Shown: positions 31,501 through 39,814 of the stretch, piece after piece
Layout: the number at the start of each line of letters is the position of its first letter
How positions within the stretch are numbered: position 1 is the stretch's first letter
DNA from: a virus
Lineage: Duplodnaviria > Caudoviricetes
DNA length: 64,000 nucleotides
IMG/VR virus record: IMGVR_UViG_3300034111_000674
Location: 10,243 to 74,242 of that record
Direction: 5' to 3' (one strand)
Made by a program: the position numbers and the translations under genes
The notes under the pieces: model-generated
Databases searched by the model: none
What the model saw: only the letters and a program-made list of their open reading frames with translations
What the model was told of the DNA's origin: nothing

Positions 31501-34500
31501 ATCGGGTGATCGTTTAGTATCTGCTCCTTCCCCTCTTAATGTATTAGACTCTGGCAATTTTACAATTGAATTTTGGTTATACCCAAATAATACTGCATCT
31601 GCTTATAGAGCGTTAGTTTCGAGCGAAAATTATCCTTCCACAACTGGCGGATGGACTTTGTATCAAAACGGCACATCAATCGAGTTTTGGATAACAGGAT
31701 CATTAATACTCGGCTCTGGATCTTTAGCAATAACCGCAAGCACTTGGCAACATCTAGCTCTTTGCCGTGCATCGGGTACATTACGTTTGTTTATAAACGG
31801 AACAAGTATTGCCTCTGTGTCAAACAGTACATCATTGACAGGTCGGCAAATTTGGATTGGAGACAATAATTCTAGCGGCGGCGGACTTTATTTTTACAAC
31901 GGTTACATAGATGACCTGCGCATTACTCATGGAGTTGCCCGTTATATTACAAACTTCACTGCTCCTACACAGGCGTTTTCTAATGTAGCAAGTGGAGATC
32001 AATTTCTGTCTAATGTTGTACTGTTATTAGCTGATAACGGCACTAATAGTAGTCAGAACAACACATTTATTGATTCTAGTACTAACAACTTTACAATTAC
32101 CCGCGTTGGCAACACTACACAGGGCACGTTCTCGCCGTTTAGTCAGACAGGATGGAGCAACTATTTTGACGGGACAGGAGATTATTTGAGTGTTCCAAGT
32201 AATTCGGCTATAGTAGTTGGAAGCTCTGATTTTACCGTCGAAGCATGGATCTATTTAACAACAACAGGGCCTTGGACTGGATACATTTTTGGTAAACGAG
32301 CGGGTTCAGGCTCTTTGGGAATAATACTCGGTTTTGAAGCAGCAAGTGTTCCTCGTTTATTAGCGTCAGTTGATGGTAGCAATTGGAATGTCCTCATAAA
32401 CAGTAGTATTTCTGTTACTCCGCAAACGTGGACTCATATAGCGGCTACTCGCAGTGGAAATTCATGGAGACTATTCGTAAATGGTCAACAGGGAGCTACC
32501 GCTACAGTCGCAGGAACTGTAGTTGATTCTGGTGCTAACTTGACAATTGGAGCTAATGCTGCTAACGGAACAAGTGTATTTCCCAGGGGGTATATAAGCA
32601 ATTTTAGATTGGTAAAAGGTACGGCTTTATACACAAGTAGTTTTATACCATCTCAGACACCATTAACCCCATTAACCCCAGTAACAAATACGGCACTATT
32701 AACCTGTCAAACAAATGTTATACAGGACAGATCTTCCAATAATTTTTCTATAACCAATAACAATAATGCTGTAATAGATCTCAACAGCCCCTTTACAGAA
32801 ACGTCTTCAGAAACAGCTTTATTGTCAGAAATTGGCAGTTTATATTTTGATGGTGCCGGAGATAGCCTAATAATACAAGACAACTTAGCTTTAGAGCCTG
32901 AAAATAGTAATTTAACTTGGGAAATGTGGATTAATACCACAGTAACAGCACAGTATAGTACATTATTTAGTAGATACGCTTCTAGTTTTGGGGCAGGAAG
33001 TTGGACTTTATTATTAAACAACACCGCAAGCGCAGGAAACGTTGCTATGTGGTTTTCAGACTTTAGTGGATCTACGCCATTATTGCTATCTAGTGGAGTC
33101 AATGTGTGCGACGCAAGGTGGCACCACATAGCCGTGGTTAGAAACGGCAGTAGTTGGGTCCTTTATGTGGATGGCGTTTCTAGGGCTACTGCTACCTGGT
33201 CAGGAACTGTATCTAATATAACACCTCCTGTATTGATAGGAGCAGACTCAGTTAACGGAAGAAATTATATTGGTTATATTTCTAACCTTCGCATAGTAAA
33301 AGGTACTGCACTTTACACTGCCAACTTTATTCCGCCAACATCTTCTCTAACCGCAGTTGCAGGTACCTCACTGTTAACTTGTCAAAACAATCTTATAGTA
33401 GATAATAGTTCCAATGGTTTTAATATTACTCCAACTAGCAATGTTAGAGCTGATCCATTTAATCCCTTTACATCAAGTACTCTAGTACCCTATAATAAGT
33501 TTGCCTCCGGTGGTAGCGCATCTTTTGACGGTACCGGAGATTGGTTAAGCTCATCATTTAATCCTTCATTAAATCTGGGACTTCTTCCATTCACTTTTGA
33601 AACTTGGGTTTACCCAAATAGTGTTACTGGAATTGTTGGATTGTATGCGGTTTCTGCTGGTGCTGGTACTGTACCTAAATTTATTGTACATTTAGATGCT
33701 GGTACACCAAAAGTACATTATAATGGCCTAACAGGCGGCAGTAATATCTACAACAATGCAACTACTGCTATACCAGTCGGCAGTTGGTCACATATTGCAT
33801 TTGTTAGAGCACTTGACGGTAAGTGGACTTGGTTTGTCAATGGCATACCTTCTGGAACTGGTACTAACACTACTGATATAACTTTTACTTCGCAGCCATC
33901 TTATATAGGGTATGGGGGTGAAGCAACTTTTACTCCACTCAATGGTTATTTGAGTAGTATGAGATTGTTAGCTAATACAACATTGTACACTACTGCATTT
34001 ATTCCTCCCAGAAGCCCTGTTGTTTCAACAGATCTAAATACGCGACTATCAATGAATTTTACTAATGCGGGCATAGTAGACAGTTCTTGTAATACTAACA
34101 TAGAAGTGTTTGATGGTGCTCACATAAGTACTGTACAGAGCAGGTGGGGCGGTAGCAGTTTGTATTTTGACAGTAGTTCAGACAGACTCTTATTTTTAAA
34201 CTCTCCAGAATATTCGTTTGGTACTGGAAATTTTACTATAGAGTTTTGGTTTAATTCTCAAGACATGAGCGGCAGCACTCAAAGGGGATTTTTACAAACT
34301 TCACAGGCTGCCGGAGGATTACATGCTAGTTATACGAGTGGCATAGCTATTTATCAAGGTATAAATGGTAGTAATACCCCTACTACTGGTGGAATAGCGG
34401 CAAACGTGTTAGGTGCTGTTATTGGTAGCAGTGCTACATTTTCCCCAAATACTTGGCACCATTTAGCCTTGGTAAGATCATCTGGCGTAGTAACGCTGTA

Positions 34501-34699
34501 TGTCAATGGTACTGCAAATGGAAGCAGCGCATCTGCTACTGTTGCTGGAGATTTACCCCACGGTAATTTGGTAATTGGTGGTTATTATAGTGCTAGCTAT
34601 TTGTATCAAGGATATATAGATGACTTGCGTATTACCCGTGGAGTTGCCCGCTACACTGCGAACTTCACTCCACCTAGTGCACCCCACTACTTGAGGTAA
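28514..34699 (+). CDS. Multi-LamG (concanavalin A-like lectin) receptor-binding protein (2061 aa, ~9 LamG domains)
   Basis: Nine (D/N)FT(V/I)ExW...W(Y/H)H(I/L)A..R...YISNLR-type units. Confidence 0.85.
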   Translation: MSKQYPGGYITKLASTPNIISAPGIWTLDQAAQYISDDSWPGLPSDPNFNNVTLLLNGNNIQGRSNNCFIDSSPSKMAFTRSGNTTQGSFNPHGPLWSNYFDGNNYIYYDVTTSNAPGTDNFSVECFVNVTNNTENRGICQFSATSTGLQGSSSATLMMQLYNGNWWYHAGNESRGPYGTVVPNRWYHVIITRFNSTTYLIVDGTALHAFGDSTNYSTARYVAVGGGYASGYLGKCYISNFRYIKGFAPYIGVSYSRPTSPLTNVQGTQLLTCNSNRTIDTSLNNVPVTRSGTTLVKRLSPFNPPSKYETSNSDIGWSNFFNINTDHLQIPYSSQFAFDTGDFTVECWVNFNSRSTTFSPIIMLGTGVDAIPVQRLASWALYADNSANTLVFNRYTPTNIAVSFSWTPVLNRWYHIAVSRSGTSFRAFIDGAQIGTTQTSTTNYSAVNTSDPLVISRFIASGGVVYGFNGYISNVRVLKGTAVYTSNFLPSTTPLTAITNTALLTCNSSTIVDNSTNSFSITRNGLIPVEKFSPFHSSINENTVLTRSVYFNGASVITASNTVTNFGTGDFTVECWFRTNVIDTSSDTIISNYNNASGGSIGVYINRGTSGGIQVYQGTGNTLVLNAPSVITATNTWYHIAVARSSGVSRLFLNGILMTTATDTSNYGIDNSVVAIGGASVNGVYGSFFQGLISNLRVVKGTALYTNFTPPTAPLTAITNTQLLTSQSNRFVDNSSNAFTVTSTGDTSVQPFSQFAPTASWNATINGGSAYFDGSGDYISAPASGFALPGDFTVEAWVYIAGNSPLDGASQRSAVIASTMQTSNPVSGFTFYIGGNSAITGIFLAAEMRVGGIVTGYSTSVSIPQGVWNHIAFVRTGTTLTYYLNGINVGSSSGVSQNIPVNNALTIGGQTVPSYTRDLNGYISNLRIVSGTGVYTGNFTPPTALLTAITNTSLLLNFANAGIYNAVSSNVIETVGNAQVSTVQSKWGGSSIAFDGSGDRLVSAPSPLNVLDSGNFTIEFWLYPNNTASAYRALVSSENYPSTTGGWTLYQNGTSIEFWITGSLILGSGSLAITASTWQHLALCRASGTLRLFINGTSIASVSNSTSLTGRQIWIGDNNSSGGGLYFYNGYIDDLRITHGVARYITNFTAPTQAFSNVASGDQFLSNVVLLLADNGTNSSQNNTFIDSSTNNFTITRVGNTTQGTFSPFSQTGWSNYFDGTGDYLSVPSNSAIVVGSSDFTVEAWIYLTTTGPWTGYIFGKRAGSGSLGIILGFEAASVPRLLASVDGSNWNVLINSSISVTPQTWTHIAATRSGNSWRLFVNGQQGATATVAGTVVDSGANLTIGANAANGTSVFPRGYISNFRLVKGTALYTSSFIPSQTPLTPLTPVTNTALLTCQTNVIQDRSSNNFSITNNNNAVIDLNSPFTETSSETALLSEIGSLYFDGAGDSLIIQDNLALEPENSNLTWEMWINTTVTAQYSTLFSRYASSFGAGSWTLLLNNTASAGNVAMWFSDFSGSTPLLLSSGVNVCDARWHHIAVVRNGSSWVLYVDGVSRATATWSGTVSNITPPVLIGADSVNGRNYIGYISNLRIVKGTALYTANFIPPTSSLTAVAGTSLLTCQNNLIVDNSSNGFNITPTSNVRADPFNPFTSSTLVPYNKFASGGSASFDGTGDWLSSSFNPSLNLGLLPFTFETWVYPNSVTGIVGLYAVSAGAGTVPKFIVHLDAGTPKVHYNGLTGGSNIYNNATTAIPVGSWSHIAFVRALDGKWTWFVNGIPSGTGTNTTDITFTSQPSYIGYGGEATFTPLNGYLSSMRLLANTTLYTTAFIPPRSPVVSTDLNTRLSMNFTNAGIVDSSCNTNIEVFDGAHISTVQSRWGGSSLYFDSSSDRLLFLNSPEYSFGTGNFTIEFWFNSQDMSGSTQRGFLQTSQAAGGLHASYTSGIAIYQGINGSNTPTTGGIAANVLGAVIGSSATFSPNTWHHLALVRSSGVVTLYVNGTANGSSASATVAGDLPHGNLVIGGYYSASYLYQGYIDDLRITRGVARYTANFTPPSAPHYLR

Positions 34700-34703
34700 A
34701 ATA

Positions 34704-35078
34704 ATGGCACATTTTGCTAATTTAGACAACAACAATACAGTAGTTAATGTTATAGTTGTAAATAACGAAGAACTACTAGAGGACGGTATAGAATCAGAAA
34801 CCAAAGGTATTGCTTTTTGCATGTCTCTGTTTCCAGACACAAACTGGAAACAAACATCTTATAACGGCACATTTCGTAAACATTATGCAAATCCTGGATT
34901 TACATATAATAACGAATTAGACGCTTTTATACCCCCTAAACCATATAGTGATTGGATATTGGATACAAAAACGTGTACTTGGGTAGCACCGCTACCCTAT
35001 CCAGATGACGGTGTATGGTATATATGGAGTACTGAACAAGCAACTTGGGTCACAGTTCAATCGTATTTTCAGGAGTGA
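34704..35078 (+). CDS. Conserved small protein (124 aa), possible fibre assembly factor
   Basis: MAHFANLDNNNTVVNVIVV...WKQTSYN...AFIPPKPY family following lectin fibres; GAGG SD. Confidence 0.6.
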   Translation: MAHFANLDNNNTVVNVIVVNNEELLEDGIESETKGIAFCMSLFPDTNWKQTSYNGTFRKHYANPGFTYNNELDAFIPPKPYSDWILDTKTCTWVAPLPYPDDGVWYIWSTEQATWVTVQSYFQE

Positions 35079-35084
35079 TCTGTT

Positions 35085-35118
35085 AAAAATACCCGGCCCA
35101 CAAAGCTGGGTATTTTTT
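35085..35118 (+). terminator. Rho-independent terminator
   Basis: AAAAATACCCGGC-CCACAAA-GCTGGGTATTTTTT. Confidence 0.85.
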
Positions 35119-35121
35119 CGC

Positions 35122-35150
35122 TTGACCAAAGTTTGCCTTCATGATATAAT
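35122..35150 (+). promoter_or_regulatory. sigma70 promoter for appendage cassette 2
   Basis: TTGACC-N17-TATAAT. Confidence 0.85.
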
Positions 35151-35206
35151 AGTACCAAAATCACAGAGCACGAAAAACTCGGCTCTATATAATAGAGGAG
35201 TGCCCT

Positions 35207-35791
35207 ATGGCTGGTCCAACAAAACTGAATCTTAAAATATATCAGGGCAGTACCTTTCGTGAGACTATTCGTTGGGAAAGTCCTGTAAAGGTTTATGCCC
35301 CAATCACCATGGTTAGTAAAAGTGCCCCCATGGTAATAACTGCACAAAATCACGGCTTACCTAATGGGTGGAGATTAAAAATCAGTGGTGTTGGGGGCAT
35401 GAAAGAAGCTAATACAACGGACTGGGTATACGCTAGTGATGTTACTGCTAATACTGTTGCTATAAACAGCGCTAATTCCTTGGCATATACTACATTTACC
35501 AGCGGTGGCGTTTTAGAGTACAATCAGCCAATTGATCTAACAGGATATACTGCACGAATGCAAATCCGGGAAAAGATTACAAGTGAAACTGTACTGGAAA
35601 CATTGACGACTGAAAACGGTAAAATCTTAATAGATACGTCTCAGAAAACAATCTCTCTGGTGTTAAGTGCCGAAATGACAGCGGCGTATGCATGGAAGTC
35701 AGGAGTTTACTCTCTAGAAATGGTAAAAGACGGTGTTGTTACAGGACTTATTTATGGTTCAGTATCTGTGGAACGTGAGGTAACTCGATGA
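35207..35791 (+). CDS. LtfC/p132-like adaptor with inserted small beta domain (194 aa)
   Basis: IYQGSTF...PIDLTGYTARMQIR...GVYSLEM; insertion ITAQNHGLPNG...ISGVGGM. Confidence 0.55.
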   Translation: MAGPTKLNLKIYQGSTFRETIRWESPVKVYAPITMVSKSAPMVITAQNHGLPNGWRLKISGVGGMKEANTTDWVYASDVTANTVAINSANSLAYTTFTSGGVLEYNQPIDLTGYTARMQIREKITSETVLETLTTENGKILIDTSQKTISLVLSAEMTAAYAWKSGVYSLEMVKDGVVTGLIYGSVSVEREVTR

Positions 35792-36183
35792 AATTGAGCA
35801 CAGAATTAAGAAATCAAATGTTGGCGCAATACGAATCTTTTTTAGGTCCAAGTCCTGTTATAGAGATTAGAACAGGAACTGCTCCAGCAACATGCGAAGA
35901 TACTGCAACAGGCACTAATTTAGTTTCCATAACACTACCAACAGATTGGTTTACTACACCTATTACTGGCACAGTATCGAAACAAGGCACATGGTCAGCA
36001 ACATCGCAAGCTCAAGGAACAGCCGGCCACTACCGATTCAGATCTAATAGTGGAATAGTGCATGAACAAGGAACCATTACCACAGCTGGTGGTGGGGGAG
36101 ACTTGGAAATAGATAGTATCAATATAGCGTTAAGTCAAATTGTCCAAATAGTCACTTGGACACGAACACAAGGAGGCCAATAA
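35788..36183 (+). CDS. Small virion protein (131 aa), paralog of next gene
   Basis: RNQML...VIEIRTG...GTAGHYRF...G.GDL.IDSINI...V.I. Confidence 0.6.
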   Translation: MKLSTELRNQMLAQYESFLGPSPVIEIRTGTAPATCEDTATGTNLVSITLPTDWFTTPITGTVSKQGTWSATSQAQGTAGHYRFRSNSGIVHEQGTITTAGGGGDLEIDSINIALSQIVQIVTWTRTQGGQ

Positions 36184-36554
36184 TGGCAGTAGTATATACA
36201 ACAGCGGTAAAGAACGCCCGCTTGAACGCAGTTACAACCGCCATCGGAACCACTGGTGTTCTAGAAATTGGCACAACCGGTATGGCCTTAGTATTGGCCA
36301 CCATCAACTTGGGCAATCCAGCCGCTCCTGCTGCAGCGAGTGGTGTATTGACCTTTACCATGCCTCAAAGCGACAACGCAGCTGATGCCACCGGCACAGC
36401 AGCTGAGGCCAGAATCCGTACTGCGTCGGGCGGTACTGATGTGGTAACTGGGTTGACAGTGGGCACCAGTGCTACTGACATTGTGTTAGACAATCTCTCA
36501 ATTGCCACAGGTCAGCAGGTTACCATCAATAGTGCAACTATTACACACGCATAA
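36183..36554 (+). CDS. Small virion protein (123 aa; start re-assigned to TAATG overlap at 36183)
   Basis: KNARL...VLEIGT...GTAAEARI...G.DIVLDNLSI...VTI; similar to preceding gene. Confidence 0.6.
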   Translation: MAVVYTTAVKNARLNAVTTAIGTTGVLEIGTTGMALVLATINLGNPAAPAAASGVLTFTMPQSDNAADATGTAAEARIRTASGGTDVVTGLTVGTSATDIVLDNLSIATGQQVTINSATITHA

Positions 36555-36556
36555 TC

Positions 36557-36982
36557 ATGGCTGATAATCTAGGTTATACCCCCGGCAGCGGGGCAACCGT
36601 TGCCACAGAAAATTCTGGAGGGGTCCACCACCAACGCGTGTTGATGGAAACCGCTGTGGAGGGTGTTCCAACCGACGTTTCTGCTGCCTCACCCATGCCT
36701 GTTGCGTCAAGTCGCAGCGATGACTTGTTGGTGATGTTGAGCCGCATTGTCAAACTGTTGGAAAGTAATGCAACGGTTGACAGTGCACAACGTCAGCGTG
36801 TGGTTGTTGATAGTGGTGCGATTACTGCCTCTATTGCCTCCGCTCAGACCTTGGGAACCGTAACAACGGTTTCATCCGTGACCAACATGGTATCAAATGC
36901 AGGTATGGATCGCGAACAGTACATCAACATTGCAAAACAGACGTACAGTCAAGGCATACGTTCTGGTTTAACTTTCCAGTGA
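36557..36982 (+). CDS. Hypothetical virion-associated protein (141 aa)
   Basis: ORF in operon; MADNLGYTPGSGATVA. Confidence 0.6.
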   Translation: MADNLGYTPGSGATVATENSGGVHHQRVLMETAVEGVPTDVSAASPMPVASSRSDDLLVMLSRIVKLLESNATVDSAQRQRVVVDSGAITASIASAQTLGTVTTVSSVTNMVSNAGMDREQYINIAKQTYSQGIRSGLTFQ

Positions 36983-36990
36983 GGTAATAA

Positions 36991-39633
36991 ATGCCTGCTT
37001 TAACAAAAAATACACTTTCAACTCAAGTCGACCTTCCAACATGGGAGTGGACTCGCTTTGCACCGGCTGTTTCTAGTGCACTGAGTTCTACCTGTGCGCC
37101 TGATAACATGGGGTTCCTGCGAACTGAACATGGCAGATACATCTATTATTTAATCTCTGCAACTCAATTTGTTCGATATGATACCTGGACAGATATGTTC
37201 CAGGGTTTGACTGCTCCACCCGTAGCTGGTTTTAACGTAAGCACAATGAAGTTTGCGGGAGCATATGGACCCGAGGGAAAGACTATTTCTGCTACTTCAA
37301 ACACAATTACAGTTCCAGCGATTTCGATGGCGTCCATGCTGGGTTACGACATTGTGATTGTCAGCGGTACAGGTGCAGGACAACGCAGAAAGATTACTGC
37401 TGTTGCAGAACCCACAATCCATGACAGCGGTGTGGTTACAGCAATTGCTAACGCAGCTGGTGGTATCACAATAACTGATACTTTGAAAACTTGGGGTTTC
37501 AATCAGTGGGCTGGTTATACTCTACGTGTTTCCGGCAACAGTGGTGTTGGTCAGTACCGCCGTATCTTGAGCAATACTGCAACAGTGCTAACCATTGCTG
37601 ATACTACCCAAATGAACATGCGGTTGAATAACCCTGCAATCTTTGCTCCTACAATTGCGAGCACGGCAGGATCCCAATCTGCATATGTTATTGAATCGCA
37701 AGCTTTAACAGTGAACTCACCTTGGACTGTGACACCAGATAGCACATCAGTGTTCCGTATTCAGTCTGGTCAGATCTTGTTGGTATCACCTAACGCAGCA
37801 ACTGCAACTGCGCCTTTCGTGTTAACACAGCTGTATGATATCTTGACCGATACTTGGTATGTACTACCAACAATGACCAACACCCTGTTGGCTGCTGCCA
37901 CCGACTTGGCACTAGAGCGTATGAGTGAAAACGCTTCTCTTTGGGAACGAGGTACAGCAACAGGTGGTACAACTACTACGTTGATCGATACTACACAAGG
38001 TGTAGATCACGCAGCTTGGAGTGTCAATCAATGGGCCGGTTACTGGGTATACATTGAATCTGGAACAGGTGTCGGTCAGATCCGTCAAGTACTGAGCAAC
38101 ACTGCTACCACTTTGACTTGGGCAACTGCTGGCACAGCTCCTGATGATACTTCTCAATACTTGATTTTGGGCTTTGATGCAGGCACTGCAACAAGCGCTA
38201 CTTCTACAACCCTAACAGACAGTACAGTAGCTTGGCCTGTAAACCGTTGGTCAAATTACGCTGTGCGTATCTTGTCAGGCACTGGTGCGGGTCAAGTTGT
38301 GGCTATTGCAAGCAACACTGCTACAGCCTTGACAATTGTTGGTAACTGGGGAGTAACTCCTGACAGTACGTCTGTGTATGCCATTCAAGGTGACCCAGAC
38401 AAGTTTTACCTATTTGCCGGTGGTATTGCTGGTACGCCAATCTTAAATTACAGCTCTCAAACCCAAACTTTTGGTCGTCAGCAAGATTGGGGTATTGCCA
38501 GAAATGCCGCAGCAACTGTGGGTGGATATCAGCCTGTTGCAATTGCTTCACTTGCTAATGCAACAACCACGGCAACGGTTACAACTGCACATCCTCATCA
38601 ATTCAAGGTTGGTGAATTAGTTACGGTCCGCGGTGCAACAGACGCAAACTTTAACGTAACCAACGTTGCAATTGCCACTGTACCTTCAGCGACTACGTTT
38701 ACTTATACAATGGCAGGAACTCCTGCTGCAACTACAATTCCTGGTGCTCAGTCTACTACAACACTCACAGACGGTTCTAAGAGTTGGACAGTTAACCAGT
38801 GGGCGGGTTTTACCTGCCACATGTACGCAGCAACTCCAACTGCTGCATCTGGTTCAACTACAGGTCAAGTATTGCGAATTGTAAGTAACACTGCCACAAC
38901 CTTAACATTTGCTGTAGCAGGTACCGCACCCACAAACGGTATTAGTCGATACTCTATCTGCACTAGTTCAGCAATTGGAGCAACTGACTCTGGTGTTGCA
39001 ACGGGTACACACAGCACAACAACACTGCAAGATACCAACAAAACTTGGGCTGTAAACATTCATGCCGGTAAGAGAGCTCGTATCTTAACAGGTCCTGGCG
39101 GTCCAGCCGAGGCTATTATTAGTAGCAATACAGCTAATACTTTGACATTCTCAGCTGCACTGGGTGCTGCACCTGTGAGCGCTCAAACGGGTTACGCAAT
39201 CATTGAACCTACTGTAAGAGGTCTTGGTACTACAGCAAATTGGGCGTTTGGTACTAGTGTTCCAGCCCTCCGTGGTCGGTACACGTACATTACTCGTGGC
39301 GGTGGTACTGCTGGCTTCGATCGTTGGGACGTTACCACAGATCGTGTTAACTTGATGACCACTTCGCCACTTACAGAAACACTGACGACCGGTACTATGG
39401 CAGCGTATGATGGCAGAGATCGCATCTACTTCCACAAAGACAACACTCAACGTGTTTATAGCTTAAACGTAGTAACTGCAAACGTTAATGGTGCTTCAAT
39501 GTATCCGTATGTTGCTCCTACAGCAATCATTGGCAACCGTATGGAGATTATTACAACAAAAGACGGCTTGAAGTACATCTGGCTCAACCGAGCATCTTTT
39601 GCAGAGTGCTTCCGTTGCTTGGCTTTCTGGTAA
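36991..39633 (+). CDS. Thr/Ala-rich virion protein: putative beta-propeller with repeated inserted domains (880 aa)
   Basis: Five DxxxxWxxNxWxG...GQ.R.I.SNTAT.LT repeats; Kelch-like YDxxTDTW blades at N-terminus, middle and C-terminus. Confidence 0.6.
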   Translation: MPALTKNTLSTQVDLPTWEWTRFAPAVSSALSSTCAPDNMGFLRTEHGRYIYYLISATQFVRYDTWTDMFQGLTAPPVAGFNVSTMKFAGAYGPEGKTISATSNTITVPAISMASMLGYDIVIVSGTGAGQRRKITAVAEPTIHDSGVVTAIANAAGGITITDTLKTWGFNQWAGYTLRVSGNSGVGQYRRILSNTATVLTIADTTQMNMRLNNPAIFAPTIASTAGSQSAYVIESQALTVNSPWTVTPDSTSVFRIQSGQILLVSPNAATATAPFVLTQLYDILTDTWYVLPTMTNTLLAAATDLALERMSENASLWERGTATGGTTTTLIDTTQGVDHAAWSVNQWAGYWVYIESGTGVGQIRQVLSNTATTLTWATAGTAPDDTSQYLILGFDAGTATSATSTTLTDSTVAWPVNRWSNYAVRILSGTGAGQVVAIASNTATALTIVGNWGVTPDSTSVYAIQGDPDKFYLFAGGIAGTPILNYSSQTQTFGRQQDWGIARNAAATVGGYQPVAIASLANATTTATVTTAHPHQFKVGELVTVRGATDANFNVTNVAIATVPSATTFTYTMAGTPAATTIPGAQSTTTLTDGSKSWTVNQWAGFTCHMYAATPTAASGSTTGQVLRIVSNTATTLTFAVAGTAPTNGISRYSICTSSAIGATDSGVATGTHSTTTLQDTNKTWAVNIHAGKRARILTGPGGPAEAIISSNTANTLTFSAALGAAPVSAQTGYAIIEPTVRGLGTTANWAFGTSVPALRGRYTYITRGGGTAGFDRWDVTTDRVNLMTTSPLTETLTTGTMAAYDGRDRIYFHKDNTQRVYSLNVVTANVNGASMYPYVAPTAIIGNRMEIITTKDGLKYIWLNRASFAECFRCLAFW

Positions 39634-39643
39634 GGGAGGTTGT

Positions 39644-39811
39644 ATGTTATTACAAGACATTATACAAATCCTTAATAACAGGTTGGAGTCCTTGAAAGCT
39701 AAAAAGAACATAGCGATCGCCTCCGGAGAACTGGAACAGGTCTACAATTTAGAACTTGAAATTTCCGAAACAACTTCTACATTAGATCAACTCAAGACAT
39801 TGATGGTGTAA
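39644..39811 (+). CDS. Small coiled-coil protein (55 aa; start re-assigned to ATG 39644)
   Basis: GGGAGG SD at 39634-39639. Confidence 0.6.
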   Translation: MLLQDIIQILNNRLESLKAKKNIAIASGELEQVYNLELEISETTSTLDQLKTLMV

Positions 39812-39814
39812 TAT

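Noticed and set aside
28514-34699. Diversity-generating retroelement target in the lectin protein
   Set aside because: No reverse transcriptase and no TR/VR pair differing only at adenines seen
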